From: a bacterium
GTDB taxonomy: Bacteria > Chloroflexota > Dormibacteria > Aeolococcales > Aeolococcaceae
Direction: 5' to 3'
NCBI GenBank assembly: GCA_021803465.1
Contig: JAJZLL010000041.1
Coordinates: 66 to 58,193 of the forward strand
Length of the DNA stretch: 58,128 nt
This document shows positions 1 through 9,512 of the stretch, piece by piece (the first letter of the stretch is position 1; every line of letters starts with the position of its first letter). The position numbers and the translations under genes were made by a program. A model generated the notes under the pieces. It ran no database searches. It was not told where the DNA came from and saw only the letters and a program-made list of their open reading frames with translations.

Positions 1-1
1 A

Positions 2-1099
2 TATGTTGTTGTCTGGAACACCCTCGCAAGTGTTGGTGGCCCACTTGGCCGTGTTGGCAAAGGGGGAACACGAATCACACCGGACGTCTCACTGGATGAG
101 ATTCGCATGCTTGCACGAATCATGACCCTGAAAAATGCGGCTGCTGGACTTCCTCTAGGTGGTGCAAAGTCTGGACTTGTCGGCGATCCGGATGCGCCAG
201 GTTTTGAGGCGAAATATCGTCGCTTCGTTGAACTTGTCAAGCCGATCCTTCGTGAGAATGGAGGCATCTTCGGCGGGTTCGGTTTTGACCTTGGTGCACG
301 TCCTGAGCACGCTCTCTGGGCGTGCGATGTGCTGCACTCGCGGCAGTCGTTCACAGGAAAGCCACTTAGCATGGGTGGCACTGATTATGACAACGAAGGG
401 GTGGCAGGTCTCGGAGTGGAAACCGCTGCGGAAGTTCTCCTCCAGGAAGATGGCATCGATCTCAGCCAAGCCAGCTGTGCAGTTCAGGGTTTGGGTGCAA
501 TGGGAGCTGCAATCATTAGGTATGCGTCCGAGAATGGCATCAAGGTGGTCGCATTTTCCGATCCCCGGATTGGCGGTACTGTACTTGTCCCGGATGGACT
601 CACCAAGGATCTGCAAGATGCCATTGTGGCAAGAGACTTTGATCGGACAAACAGTTGTATCAAGACAGGGAACTATGCCATTCGTCCCCTCGAGGATGTC
701 ATGTATCTCGATACCACAGTCTTCTTCCCTGCTGCAAGGCAGGATGTCATAGATGGCACGAATGTTTCCAGGGTGGCAGCAAAATATGTTGTTGAAGGAG
801 CCAACAACCCAGTGTCAGAAGAAGCCCGCACGTACCTACATGAGCATGGCATCAAGCTGGTGCCGGACTTCATAGCGAATCCGGGAGGCATTGTTGCAGC
901 ATTCGTTGAGCTCACTTCCACTGCGGATCCTGAGGAGAATGTGAAAAGCCGTGTGAATGTCTCTGAAGCCAAGCGCATGACGGTCGACAATGTCTCAAAG
1001 AACGTCAGGGAGATGTGCAGACTGGTTCAGGAGCATGGTGTTGAACCATCTGATGCAGGAATGTATCTTGCATTGAGTGCAATCTTCAAGGACAGGTAG
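2..1099 (+). CDS. Glu/Leu/Phe/Val dehydrogenase family protein (5' end outside window)
   Basis: Frame is open from nt 2 (YVVVWNT...GKGGTR) into ORF 107..1099; motifs GKGG, MTLK, GGAKS, TGKP, GLGAMG (NAD(P) binding), EGAN, PDFIANPGG. Confidence 0.9.
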   Translation, partial: YVVVWNTLASVGGPLGRVGKGGTRITPDVSLDEIRMLARIMTLKNAAAGLPLGGAKSGLVGDPDAPGFEAKYRRFVELVKPILRENGGIFGGFGFDLGARPEHALWACDVLHSRQSFTGKPLSMGGTDYDNEGVAGLGVETAAEVLLQEDGIDLSQASCAVQGLGAMGAAIIRYASENGIKVVAFSDPRIGGTVLVPDGLTKDLQDAIVARDFDRTNSCIKTGNYAIRPLEDVMYLDTTVFFPAARQDVIDGTNVSRVAAKYVVEGANNPVSEEARTYLHEHGIKLVPDFIANPGGIVAAFVELTSTADPEENVKSRVNVSEAKRMTVDNVSKNVREMCRLVQEHGVEPSDAGMYLALSAIFKDR

Positions 1100-1218
1100 A
1101 CGGAGCGAAGCTGGAGAAATCCTGGCAGGGCATTCCTCATGCCACTCTGCATCACCTAATCGGGTCGTGAGACCTGCAGCTCAGGCAGTTCGTTGTGTGC
1201 ACTTCATGTAGCAGGGAT

Positions 1219-3129
1219 TCACTCTGTGATGAAGCCGCTCACCTGGTGTTCCCACAGCTGGGCATAGAGGCCACCGTGCGAAAGGAGCTCCTTGGGAGTT
1301 CCATCTTCGACGACATGCCCCTTGTCGAGCACGATGATCCTGTCCATGTTCTGGAGCGTGGAGAGCCGGTGTGCTATTGCGAGGACTGTCTGGCCACGGC
1401 TTCCTTCGATTTTCCAGAGATTCTCGAGCGCATGCTGAACGAGGAGCTCGCTTTCGGTGTCGAGTGCTGCAGTCGCCTCATCAAGAATGAGGATGGGTTC
1501 CGCCTGCAGAAATGCCCTCGCAATGGCAACTCTCGCACGCTGGCCAATGGAGAGTTTCACACCCCGCTCACCGACAAGCGCATGGTACCCCTCGGGAATC
1601 TCATTGATGAACTCGTCAGCATGTGCCATCTCTGCAGCCTCTCGAATGCGGGGATTCACTGCTCCGTCCAGGAAGGGAGGAATGCGTGCAGCATAGGCGA
1701 TATTCTCTGCAATGGAACGGTGAAACATCGAGGTGTCCTGGGGGACAAAGGCAATGAGTTGTGACAGTCCCTCCCGCTTCACATGCTGTCCATCGAGCAC
1801 GAATGCTCCTCCTGAAACGGGATAGTATCCAAGGAGCAGCTTCGTGAGAGTTGATTTCCCAGCACCGGACCTCCCAACAATGCCCACCTTCTCCCCACGC
1901 TGAAAGGTGAGGTTCACATGATCAAGGATGAGTGGAGCGTGATCCGGGTAATGGAAGCTGATGTCATGGAGCTCAAGGGTCTGTTCAAACGGGAGTGCTT
2001 GCACCTCCTCCAGTTCAGGATCCCGGGTAATGATCCTGTCTCCAAAGAGGTATCGATGCGCTTCATCCGTGCGGGCAACCTGGAGCTTGAACTGCGACAG
2101 CTGCCAGATGGACTCCCAGATGGTTGTAGTGAAGATGAGGACTGCGGACAGCAGGGTTGCGAGCTGGGTGATGTTGATTGTGTGGTCGAGATAGAAGTAC
2201 ACGTTTAGGACGATGCTCACAGGCCAGATAACTCCCCGCACAATGAAGCTCGAATTCCCCCAGTACTTGTATGAGGCCCAGAACGATGCACGCACAGAGT
2301 CCAGCACCTTCTCCTGCTCTTCCTGCAGTGCACGAATCTCTGTCTGCTCGGAATGGAACGACTTCACATTCTGGAAGTTCGCGATGACATCAAAAAGGAT
2401 GCCATTCCTGGTGGATTTCGCATCAGATGCGAGGCTTTCCGCAGCAGATGCGGGACCCTGGAATCTCCTCCCGACGAAGTAGAGAATGACGAGTCCACAT
2501 GCATAGACAACCGTTGTTTCCCAATTGACTGAGAGGAAAATGACCAGAATCGAGACAATGGAAACCACCTGGCCAACATAGTTGTAGGGCAGCTCCTGCG
2601 TGAGCATGTCGAGCTCCTGCCTCATGAGGGTGATGTAGGAAGCGATCTTTCCTGTGAGCTTGTCCACAAAATATGGGTACGGCTCGGAGATGACGTTGCT
2701 GAAGAGCACCTGCTCGTAACGGAATGCAAGCGGCTTCATGTAGCGCAGGTACAGGATTTCAGACCCCCGCCAGCTCGCCATGTGCGCAACGGAGAGACCG
2801 ACAAGAATCCACATGAGCAGGAGGACATGTCCACGGTTCACATGGGCAGCGGTTACCTCACCCGTGAGCTTGCCAATCACGAATGGCAGAACAGCAAGGA
2901 AACTTCCTGCGATGAGAAATGCGAGACAGACAAGAAATGACGCAAGCATTCCCTGGGAACGCAAGAACGCCCAGTAGGAGCGAAGCGAAATATGGTGCTT
3001 CACGTTTGAATTCCCAATTAGGCCTGTGCTCCGCACGTGGTGATGTGGGGGTTCCATGCTGGAGGATACGGCAGCTGCCAGTAAATCGTAGTCTATCTGA
3101 TCAGAATGAAGTGGAGAAGTCGACAGCAA
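1219..3129 (-). CDS. ABC exporter, fused permease + ATP-binding domain (MsbA/MdlB-like)
   Basis: About 6 hydrophobic segments, then Walker A GRSGAGKS, Q-loop VPQD, signature variant LSIGQ, Walker B ILILDEAT, H-switch IAHRLST. Start codon uncertain. Confidence 0.92.
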   Translation of the reverse strand: MLSTSPLHSDQIDYDLLAAAVSSSMEPPHHHVRSTGLIGNSNVKHHISLRSYWAFLRSQGMLASFLVCLAFLIAGSFLAVLPFVIGKLTGEVTAAHVNRGHVLLLMWILVGLSVAHMASWRGSEILYLRYMKPLAFRYEQVLFSNVISEPYPYFVDKLTGKIASYITLMRQELDMLTQELPYNYVGQVVSIVSILVIFLSVNWETTVVYACGLVILYFVGRRFQGPASAAESLASDAKSTRNGILFDVIANFQNVKSFHSEQTEIRALQEEQEKVLDSVRASFWASYKYWGNSSFIVRGVIWPVSIVLNVYFYLDHTINITQLATLLSAVLIFTTTIWESIWQLSQFKLQVARTDEAHRYLFGDRIITRDPELEEVQALPFEQTLELHDISFHYPDHAPLILDHVNLTFQRGEKVGIVGRSGAGKSTLTKLLLGYYPVSGGAFVLDGQHVKREGLSQLIAFVPQDTSMFHRSIAENIAYAARIPPFLDGAVNPRIREAAEMAHADEFINEIPEGYHALVGERGVKLSIGQRARVAIARAFLQAEPILILDEATAALDTESELLVQHALENLWKIEGSRGQTVLAIAHRLSTLQNMDRIIVLDKGHVVEDGTPKELLSHGGLYAQLWEHQVSGFITE

Positions 3130-3335
3130 GCAGTTTCATGGGAGATGCAAGCGTGGGGTGTTGCTGTCAGAAGGGGCGAAGTGCGTTGGAGCGTCATGAA
3201 CATGAAACCCTAAGCTATAGTCCCAATAGGCTGGACAGTCACAGAATGGATACGGTGTCATTCTGGGTGTCTCTGGACAGCTACTATCGTTTGTGCATAT
3301 GGATGAAGATTCTTCTGGGATGCAGGGAGCGTGTC

Positions 3336-3626
3336 ATGGAACGGAGATTTGATTTGGAACGGCCCATCACAGACGTTAGGCAGATTCCTCTAGCAGAGGC
3401 GCTCGCTGAATTTGCCAGAAAACAGGAGGAAGCAGAGCGGGGCGATGCGGGTTCTGCAGGTGACAGCCATGTCCCTGACCGTGCTGCCATATCAAAGCCG
3501 GCTTCTGTGAAATCTAAGAAACCCACAAAGGCGCAGTTGGCGAGGGAAGAAGAGCTCAAGAGGAATTTTGACAGAATCCGCATTCCCAGAGGGAGCGATC
3601 CCCTGCCAGAGAGAGAGCTCGGGTAG
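3336..3626 (+). CDS. hypothetical protein, 96 aa, charged
   Basis: 3' part of ORF 2919..3626; GGGAG at 3325-3329 precedes ATG 3336; protein-like composition (MERRFDLERPITDVRQIPLAEALAEFARKQEE); no family recognised. Confidence 0.55.
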   Translation: MERRFDLERPITDVRQIPLAEALAEFARKQEEAERGDAGSAGDSHVPDRAAISKPASVKSKKPTKAQLAREEELKRNFDRIRIPRGSDPLPERELG

Positions 3627-3798
3627 CGAGCATCATTGCGGTTAGACTGCAGGGTGCCCTAACTGTTACATGCACTGTGGCAGGCTGGTGCGGATTGCAG
3701 CTACTCAACGTGCGCCATCGCTCTGGTGGAACCCCTGCTGGAGCATGTGCAGTAGGGTATACTTGATCCTGCGACATCCTCTCCCAGGGAGGATTCAT

Positions 3799-3891
3799 AT
3801 GAGGCAGGTTGCACTTCCTGCTGCCGCAGATACTCATACATGCGATCACTTCGGATCGGGAATAGCGATCGGGACCGTGCACAGCTTGTGA
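3799..3891 (+). CDS. possible 30-aa small ORF upstream of the tRNA
   Basis: GGAGG (3788-3792) 6 nt before ATG 3799; TATACT at 3758-3763; peptide MRQVALPAAADTHTCDHFGSGIAIGTVHSL. Confidence 0.3.
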   Translation: MRQVALPAAADTHTCDHFGSGIAIGTVHSL

Positions 3892-3902
3892 ACATTGGGC
3901 AC

Positions 3903-3975
3903 GGCGGTATAGCTCAGATGGTAGAGCAGCCGGCTCATACCCGGTATGTCCCTGGTTCGATCCCAGGTACCGCCA
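3903..3975 (+). tRNA. tRNA with CAT anticodon, most likely elongator tRNA-Met; CCA not encoded
   Basis: Cloverleaf: acceptor GGCGGTA/TACCGCC, D arm GCTC/GAGC, anticodon arm GCCGG-CTCATAC-CCGGT, T arm CCTGG-TTCGATC-CCAGG, discriminator A3975. G1-C72 is paired and there is no GGG/CCC in the anticodon stem, so not initiator; G4/G5 and C38 resemble Firmicute elongator Met rather than Ile2. Confidence 0.95.
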
Positions 3976-3976
3976 C

Positions 3977-4747
3977 ATGGCTCTCCACGGTTCAACTCTT
4001 CCTCCAGCTGAACGGACACTTGCGATTACACGTCTCAGACGACGTGTAGCTCGTCTCGCTGCGACTCTAGAACCTCTTCAGCAGGATGCAACCCTCGTTG
4101 TTGCAGTGAGCGGTGGCCCTGACTCCATGGCACTTCTGGACATCCTTGCACGTCTTGCACCGCCAAGGAATTGGAGCCTTCATGTTGCCCATGTCAATCA
4201 TGGTCTGCGCGAGGATGCTGCACGGGATGGCAGTCATGTAGGTGAAGCTGCAGCAAAATACGGTTTTCCCTTCCACCTGCGGGAGGTGGAGGTGAAACGT
4301 CAGGGATCCATCCAGGCAAATGCCCGTGAAGCACGATATGCTGCGCTTCGGTCTGTTCTTGCAGAGACTTCAGCAGGAGCCATCGTGACAGGCCATACTG
4401 CCGATGATCAGGTTGAGACTGTGCTCATGCGGGCCCTGAGCAGTGGCAGTCCCAAGTCGATAGGGGCCATGCGATATGTCAACGGCGACCTGGTCAGACC
4501 GCTTCTTGCCACCTGGAAGGATGAAATCGTCGAGTATTGTTCAGAGCGTGAAATCTGGTATCTGACAGATCCATCGAACGCTTCCTCCCGGTACATGCGA
4601 AACCGTCTTCGGCATGAGGTCATTCCTGCAATTGAGCAGGTATATCCAGCTGCAAAGCGTCGTCTTTGGGCCCTTTCATTCCGGCAGCAGAAATGGATCG
4701 ATGCAGATCTCCTGGAGGGGAAGGGGAACCAGTCCCCAGAAGACTGA
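3977..4747 (+). CDS. tilS: tRNA(Ile)-lysidine synthetase, short form (256 aa)
   Basis: PP-loop VAVSGGPDS, HVNHGLR, AREARY, GHTADDQVET, RPLL, DPSN, RNRLR. Confidence 0.93.
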   Translation: MALHGSTLPPAERTLAITRLRRRVARLAATLEPLQQDATLVVAVSGGPDSMALLDILARLAPPRNWSLHVAHVNHGLREDAARDGSHVGEAAAKYGFPFHLREVEVKRQGSIQANAREARYAALRSVLAETSAGAIVTGHTADDQVETVLMRALSSGSPKSIGAMRYVNGDLVRPLLATWKDEIVEYCSEREIWYLTDPSNASSRYMRNRLRHEVIPAIEQVYPAAKRRLWALSFRQQKWIDADLLEGKGNQSPED

Positions 4748-4913
4748 GCGGGATGCTGCCTGTGCATGAATGGGCCAAGGCATGAAACACCAGCTCGCAT
4801 GGCTGGTTTGGTGTGAACGCTTGCGCAAGCTGCCGTCATGGCAAGAGAAGTGATGAACAATGCGCAACACCTGCACTCTTCACCTGTCTGGCAGCTTCCA
4901 GCACGGATCCCGT

Positions 4914-6374
4914 TCAGGCGGGTACTGGTGCAGACTGGTTCACGTGCTGTGTGGAATGGGGACAAAGCAACTGCACAACATCTGCAGCAGTGTATCCATC
5001 AGTGTGCGCGCACACAAGAGGACGTATTGATGCAAGCGCATCACCACTTGTCACAATGGGTGGTTCCTCTCCATCCTTCCGCCTCTGACCAAGTCCAATG
5101 GTTGCGAACAGGCCGTTGCAGAGGCACTTTCTGCCAGATGCTGCATCCACTGTACCTCCGTGATACAGGAATTCCTGCACGGGTTCAGCTGCGCAGCGGT
5201 ACGCAAGAGCACCTGTAGGAGACACATATGCTTCACGAAGGTAGCCCAGGTCACAGATGCGTTCACGCTTCTCGTAGGTTGACTGCTGAGAAATGGAGCC
5301 TTCCAGCTCCACAACCTTGAAGGGAAAACCCGTTGAGGAAGCACGGGAATCAGTAGTCACAACGGAAGTTCCGTCAAGTACCCTTCTGCAGACCTGTTCA
5401 CGGAGAGAAGCAGTCATTCCGGACTCCCTGCAAAAGGCAAAAAGTGTTCCCACCTGTACGCCTGAAGCACCACACTCCAGTGCATGCACGACGTGCTCCC
5501 GGGACGTGATGCCACCAGCAAGCCAAAATGGATGGCCAAGCTCACGGAATGCTTCGAGATCCACAGCATCCCGCTCACCATAGATGGGCTGTCCACGGTC
5601 ATCAAATTGTGGGACACCTCGTGGTGGAGCATTGTGACCGCCAGCGGATGGTGCCTCCAGAATGAAGCCCTCAACTGGTCCTGATGCCTTGCGCGCCATC
5701 ATTGTCGCAAGTGTGGCTGAGGACACAATCGGTAGAAAGGCTGGTCGATCCAGTGAAGAGGACACCTTGTAGCGGCCAGGCACGAAGGACCGCTCACATC
5801 GATCTGCTACTGCTCCCACGCAATCGATCCTGAGGGTCACAGCTTCCAGTGAGGAAAGGTCATCCAGCAGTTTCGGTATGGCTCGGGGTATTCCAGCTCC
5901 CATGAGGACAACATCAACCCCTGCAATCATTGCCCCAAAGAGGGTGGGCACTGTTGGGAATTGCACTTTTGTCAGAAGATTGATGCCCACCATTCCCGTA
6001 TGGCCGCGTTTCGCGAGTGCCACCTCGCTATATGCGGCAAGGACTGTCACATCATCGCGAGCAGCTGGACTGTGGTGGGAATACAGGGGAAGGAGGCGAT
6101 ATGGTGCATTCTCTGATGCTCGTGGACGGGCATATCGGTCAAGTACGCTCCCCACAATTTCCTGGTTGGGAAAGGCATTGAGACATTCTTGCAGAGCTGG
6201 AGAAACTCCTTCATCCTGGAGGCGCCGTATGAACACAGTATCGAGTGCAGTCCCTGAAACCACGCCAAGCTGTCCAGTTGCTGCCACTGCTGATGCAAGG
6301 CTCCAGCCTGAGACGCCGACACCCATACCACCCTGAATGAGCCACGGATGTGGCCGTGAGTTCCACAGTTTCAT
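4914..6374 (-). CDS. nitronate monooxygenase / 2-nitropropane dioxygenase family flavoprotein
   Basis: IQGGMGVGVS start, MGAGIP, AGGH, WLAGG, GVQVGTLFA; Cys-rich C-terminus (CDLGYL, CLCNGL). Confidence 0.85.
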   Translation of the reverse strand: MKLWNSRPHPWLIQGGMGVGVSGWSLASAVAATGQLGVVSGTALDTVFIRRLQDEGVSPALQECLNAFPNQEIVGSVLDRYARPRASENAPYRLLPLYSHHSPAARDDVTVLAAYSEVALAKRGHTGMVGINLLTKVQFPTVPTLFGAMIAGVDVVLMGAGIPRAIPKLLDDLSSLEAVTLRIDCVGAVADRCERSFVPGRYKVSSSLDRPAFLPIVSSATLATMMARKASGPVEGFILEAPSAGGHNAPPRGVPQFDDRGQPIYGERDAVDLEAFRELGHPFWLAGGITSREHVVHALECGASGVQVGTLFAFCRESGMTASLREQVCRRVLDGTSVVTTDSRASSTGFPFKVVELEGSISQQSTYEKRERICDLGYLREAYVSPTGALAYRCAAEPVQEFLYHGGTVDAASGRKCLCNGLFATIGLGQRRKDGEEPPIVTSGDALASIRPLVCAHTDGYTAADVVQLLCPHSTQHVNQSAPVPA

Positions 6375-6839
6375 ATGCGAATCTTCCGTACTCTGTCTCT
6401 TCGATCACACCAAGCGTACTGCGAAAGAACAGCTTTCCCATGGGCAAATGACATGCACGATTTTGGCCATGATGTCCAATGCTCATCAGTGCGTTGGGCA
6501 TGGATATTCCCTTCGAAGTGATCATGGTGGGATTCACGATCGAGGAATGCTGACCAGTAGTGCAGAATGTCCAGAGACAAGCAGTCGGTCATCTCTATGG
6601 GTGTGCAGCATGATGGTGATGCACGGTGACTGATCCCCGAATCCCGTTTTCCGGGAGAGCAGTGTCTACGCGTGTGCAATGGATGCGAGTCCATGTCGCT
6701 GGAAGATGGAGGGATGTGCATGGAAATTGCGCTGATGGATCGGGGGCCATAGACAGCTTTGTGGTGCGTGCACCAGAACACGCGCTTCTGTGCGAAGGAC
6801 TGGGGTGTTTCTCTTGACGCAGATCCAGAACGGAACGGT

Positions 6840-7439
6840 TTACTGGATCTTTTCCATGATGAAATAGTGCGAACTTCCTTCAAGTTCGACAGTCTCATCA
6901 GGTCTTACGGGAGGTGCAATGAGAACAAGAGCGTAATACGTGACGAGAGCGATTGCGATGTGCATTGCCATGAGCACGAGCACAGCAAGGAAGGGCGCAC
7001 CAAAGATGAGAATGTATGCATCAGGAAGGAAGAGTACGAGCGTTGTCACCACTGCGATCCGTGAGAAAAGCCAGCGGGCATCGATCGCAAAGTGGGGAAG
7101 TATCCACCAGCCAGCACAGGCGATGAGTACGCCAATGACAGTGAGCCTGGAGTAGTCCATGAACTGGAAGTGGGGATACTGTGCAATGGAGGGAAAGAGG
7201 TGTGATGCGAGTCCAACGATGATGGCGTCAACGACAAGGGAGCCCACGACTGCAATGGCAGTGGCTCGTGCGAGTGCACGGCTTTCCGGGCCACTCCGGA
7301 GAGCGATGAGATCAATCTTGAAGCGCTGGAGAAGTGGATCGAGTAGCATGACAATCCGCTCGATGAGTGGATGATGAAGTGCACGCACAACTCTGCCAGT
7401 GAGAGGATCAATGTCGGCCGGATTCGAACTCAAATTCAT
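6840..7439 (-). CDS. integral membrane protein (about 4 TM; DUF6069-like)
   Basis: ORF 6840..7481 with likely start ATG 7439 after AGGAA; four hydrophobic helices ending in LMAMH. Confidence 0.7.
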   Translation of the reverse strand: MNLSSNPADIDPLTGRVVRALHHPLIERIVMLLDPLLQRFKIDLIALRSGPESRALARATAIAVVGSLVVDAIIVGLASHLFPSIAQYPHFQFMDYSRLTVIGVLIACAGWWILPHFAIDARWLFSRIAVVTTLVLFLPDAYILIFGAPFLAVLVLMAMHIAIALVTYYALVLIAPPVRPDETVELEGSSHYFIMEKIQ

Positions 7440-7654
7440 GGTGTATTCCTGAAGGGATGTTCTTGGCAACTTGTGAAGCATATCGCACGGAATATTAGAT
7501 TCACATTTGAGCTGATCTTCGAGCGAAGATGCATTCCATGACGTGAATGTAACGAAGCCTTGGCAGCTGGCTCACAAAGGAAGTCCATGACGTCCCTAAC
7601 GCATTGATCCACCGTACAATTGCGACAGATGTTTGCCAGCGGGAAGAGAAGTGC

Positions 7655-9433
7655 ATGAGGGTGAGAACACGTCAGATGAGGGCACGAATCGTGGCCGTGC
7701 TCGCTGCCTGGGGTATGGCACAGGTGGTGTGCTTGTCCCTTCCCGTCCGTGCAGCAACAGTCACAATGGACATCGCGACAATCTCGGGCACGGGATCTCC
7801 AGGATATGCAGGAGATGGTGGGCCAGCAGCTGCAGCAACACTCGCAACGCCAAACTCCATCACATCCGATGTGCATGGCAATGTGATCTTCTCGGACAAT
7901 GGCAACAGCGTGGTACGGATGATCGCTGCCCAAAGCGGAACCTTCTACGGCATTGCGATGGCTGCTGGGGACATCTATACGGTCGCAGGGGATGGGACAG
8001 CTGGATATCTTGGAAATGGCGGGCCAGCTACAGCTGCAGAACTCAATTACCCAAAGGGAGTGGCTGTTGATCCGGCTGGAAACCTCATCATTGGCCAGAA
8101 TGATGTGGTGAGCGCAGTTGCGGCAGTATCTGGCACATACTACGGCATTGCAATGACAGCTGGGGACATCTACACGATTGCGGGAAACGGCACAAACGGT
8201 GTGTCGGGCAGCGGAGTTCTGGCCACAAGTTCTCCCCTGGAAGCGCCAGTGGGTGTTGCAGTGGATGCCCACGGAAATGTGGTGTTTTCCGACTACAACA
8301 ATCAGAAGATCCAGGTGGTAGCAGGTTCCACAGGTACGTATTACGGGACAGCGATGACCGAAGGGTATCTCTATACAATTGCGGGCACTGGCACAAACGC
8401 ATACGGTGGAGACGGTGGTCCTGCCCTGTCGGCTTCATTCAGCAATCCCATCGATGTCGCTGTGGACAGCTCGGGAAATATCATCGTCGCCGATGTTGGC
8501 AACAGTCGCATCCGAGCCATTGCAGCCAGCAGTGGAACGTTCTATGGGGTGTCCATGACTGCTGGGGACATCTACACCATCGCGGGAAATGGGACAAGCG
8601 GCGCTACTGGAATTGGCGGTCTTGCCACATCAGCAGAGCTGGATCTGCCCGTCGGAGTGTCGATGGATTCCTCAGGCAATGTGCTCATAGCTGACCCGTC
8701 AAGCGCTGTTGTCGATGTGCTGGCTGGTTCCACAGGGTCCTACTATGGGGTATCGATGACTGTTGGGCACCTGTATTCCCTCGCAGGGAATGGAACGAAT
8801 GCTGAAGCTGGCGATGGCGGTCCAGCAACTGCAGCCTCCCTCGACCAGCCTTCATCAACGGCAGCTGTTGGTGGTGTGGTGGACATCACTGACAGTGCTG
8901 GGGATGTCATTCGCCAGGTGTATGCGTCGGATGCAGTACAGGCGAGCTCAACAATCACCGCAGGAACACTTTCCTTCGCAGTCCAGCCTGCGCCAGTCAC
9001 GTTTTCGGCCATTACACTTTCTGGTCTCGATCAGAGTTCTTCCGCCACGGAGCTCCTTGACATTGGTGACAACACGGGGAGTGGGAACGGGTGGAATGTC
9101 ACCCTCTCGAACACGACATTTACGGATGGATCAGGTGCAACGCTGCAGAACAGCGACTTCTCGGCCGCCTCCCCTGCTGCACCATCCTGTGACAGTGGAG
9201 CAAGCTGCGCACCTGCAGTGTGGACATCGGGGTTCGTGCCTCTTGGAGGTTCAGGACTGCCAGGCGCAACTGCAACCAAGCTCCTTTCTGCAGCCGCCAG
9301 TGTCTCTGCTGGTTCGCCAAGTGGCATGGGGGACCAGACAGTAACGATTCTCTGGAGCGCAGCCCTTCCATCATCAAGTCGGGCTGGAACCTATGCGTCC
9401 ACCTGGACAGTTACCCTTGCAGCTGGTCCGTAG
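7655..9433 (+). CDS. secreted NHL-repeat (six-blade) protein with C-terminal WxL-like domain
   Basis: Signal-peptide-like N-terminus; six ~67-aa repeats (IYTIAGxGxxGxxGDGGxATxAxLxxPxxVxxDxxGNxxxxD); C-domain with DNTGSGNGWNVTL and GTYASTWTVTLAAGP. Start 7655 or 7676. Confidence 0.85.
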   Translation: MRVRTRQMRARIVAVLAAWGMAQVVCLSLPVRAATVTMDIATISGTGSPGYAGDGGPAAAATLATPNSITSDVHGNVIFSDNGNSVVRMIAAQSGTFYGIAMAAGDIYTVAGDGTAGYLGNGGPATAAELNYPKGVAVDPAGNLIIGQNDVVSAVAAVSGTYYGIAMTAGDIYTIAGNGTNGVSGSGVLATSSPLEAPVGVAVDAHGNVVFSDYNNQKIQVVAGSTGTYYGTAMTEGYLYTIAGTGTNAYGGDGGPALSASFSNPIDVAVDSSGNIIVADVGNSRIRAIAASSGTFYGVSMTAGDIYTIAGNGTSGATGIGGLATSAELDLPVGVSMDSSGNVLIADPSSAVVDVLAGSTGSYYGVSMTVGHLYSLAGNGTNAEAGDGGPATAASLDQPSSTAAVGGVVDITDSAGDVIRQVYASDAVQASSTITAGTLSFAVQPAPVTFSAITLSGLDQSSSATELLDIGDNTGSGNGWNVTLSNTTFTDGSGATLQNSDFSAASPAAPSCDSGASCAPAVWTSGFVPLGGSGLPGATATKLLSAAASVSAGSPSGMGDQTVTILWSAALPSSSRAGTYASTWTVTLAAGP

Positions 9434-9503
9434 CACTGATTGCTTAGCGAGAGCCAACTCCTGCAGCACCACTCTCCGCTCAAGATTGAAAGCGGGGGCA
9501 ACG

Positions 9504-9512
9504 TGATAGACT
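9504..9512 (+). promoter_or_regulatory. extended -10 element (TGaTAGACT); probable leaderless ftsH promoter
   Basis: TAGACT at 9507-9512 ends 7 nt before ATG 9520; no well-spaced SD. Confidence 0.55.

Noticed and set aside
1219-3129. LSIGQ signature as a sign of a dead ABC ATPase
   Set aside because: Walker A/B, catalytic Glu and His switch are intact, and the changed signature position is a tolerant one.
3903-3975. tRNA as Ile2 (TilS substrate) or as an integration site
   Set aside because: Acceptor stem and loop look like elongator Met; I saw no duplicated tRNA 3' end and no integrase.
6375-6839. ORFs 6371..6898(-), 6337..6633(+) and 6626..6817(+) as a regulator gene
   Set aside because: No recognisable motif, unconvincing composition and no clear SD; treated as intergenic or decayed sequence.
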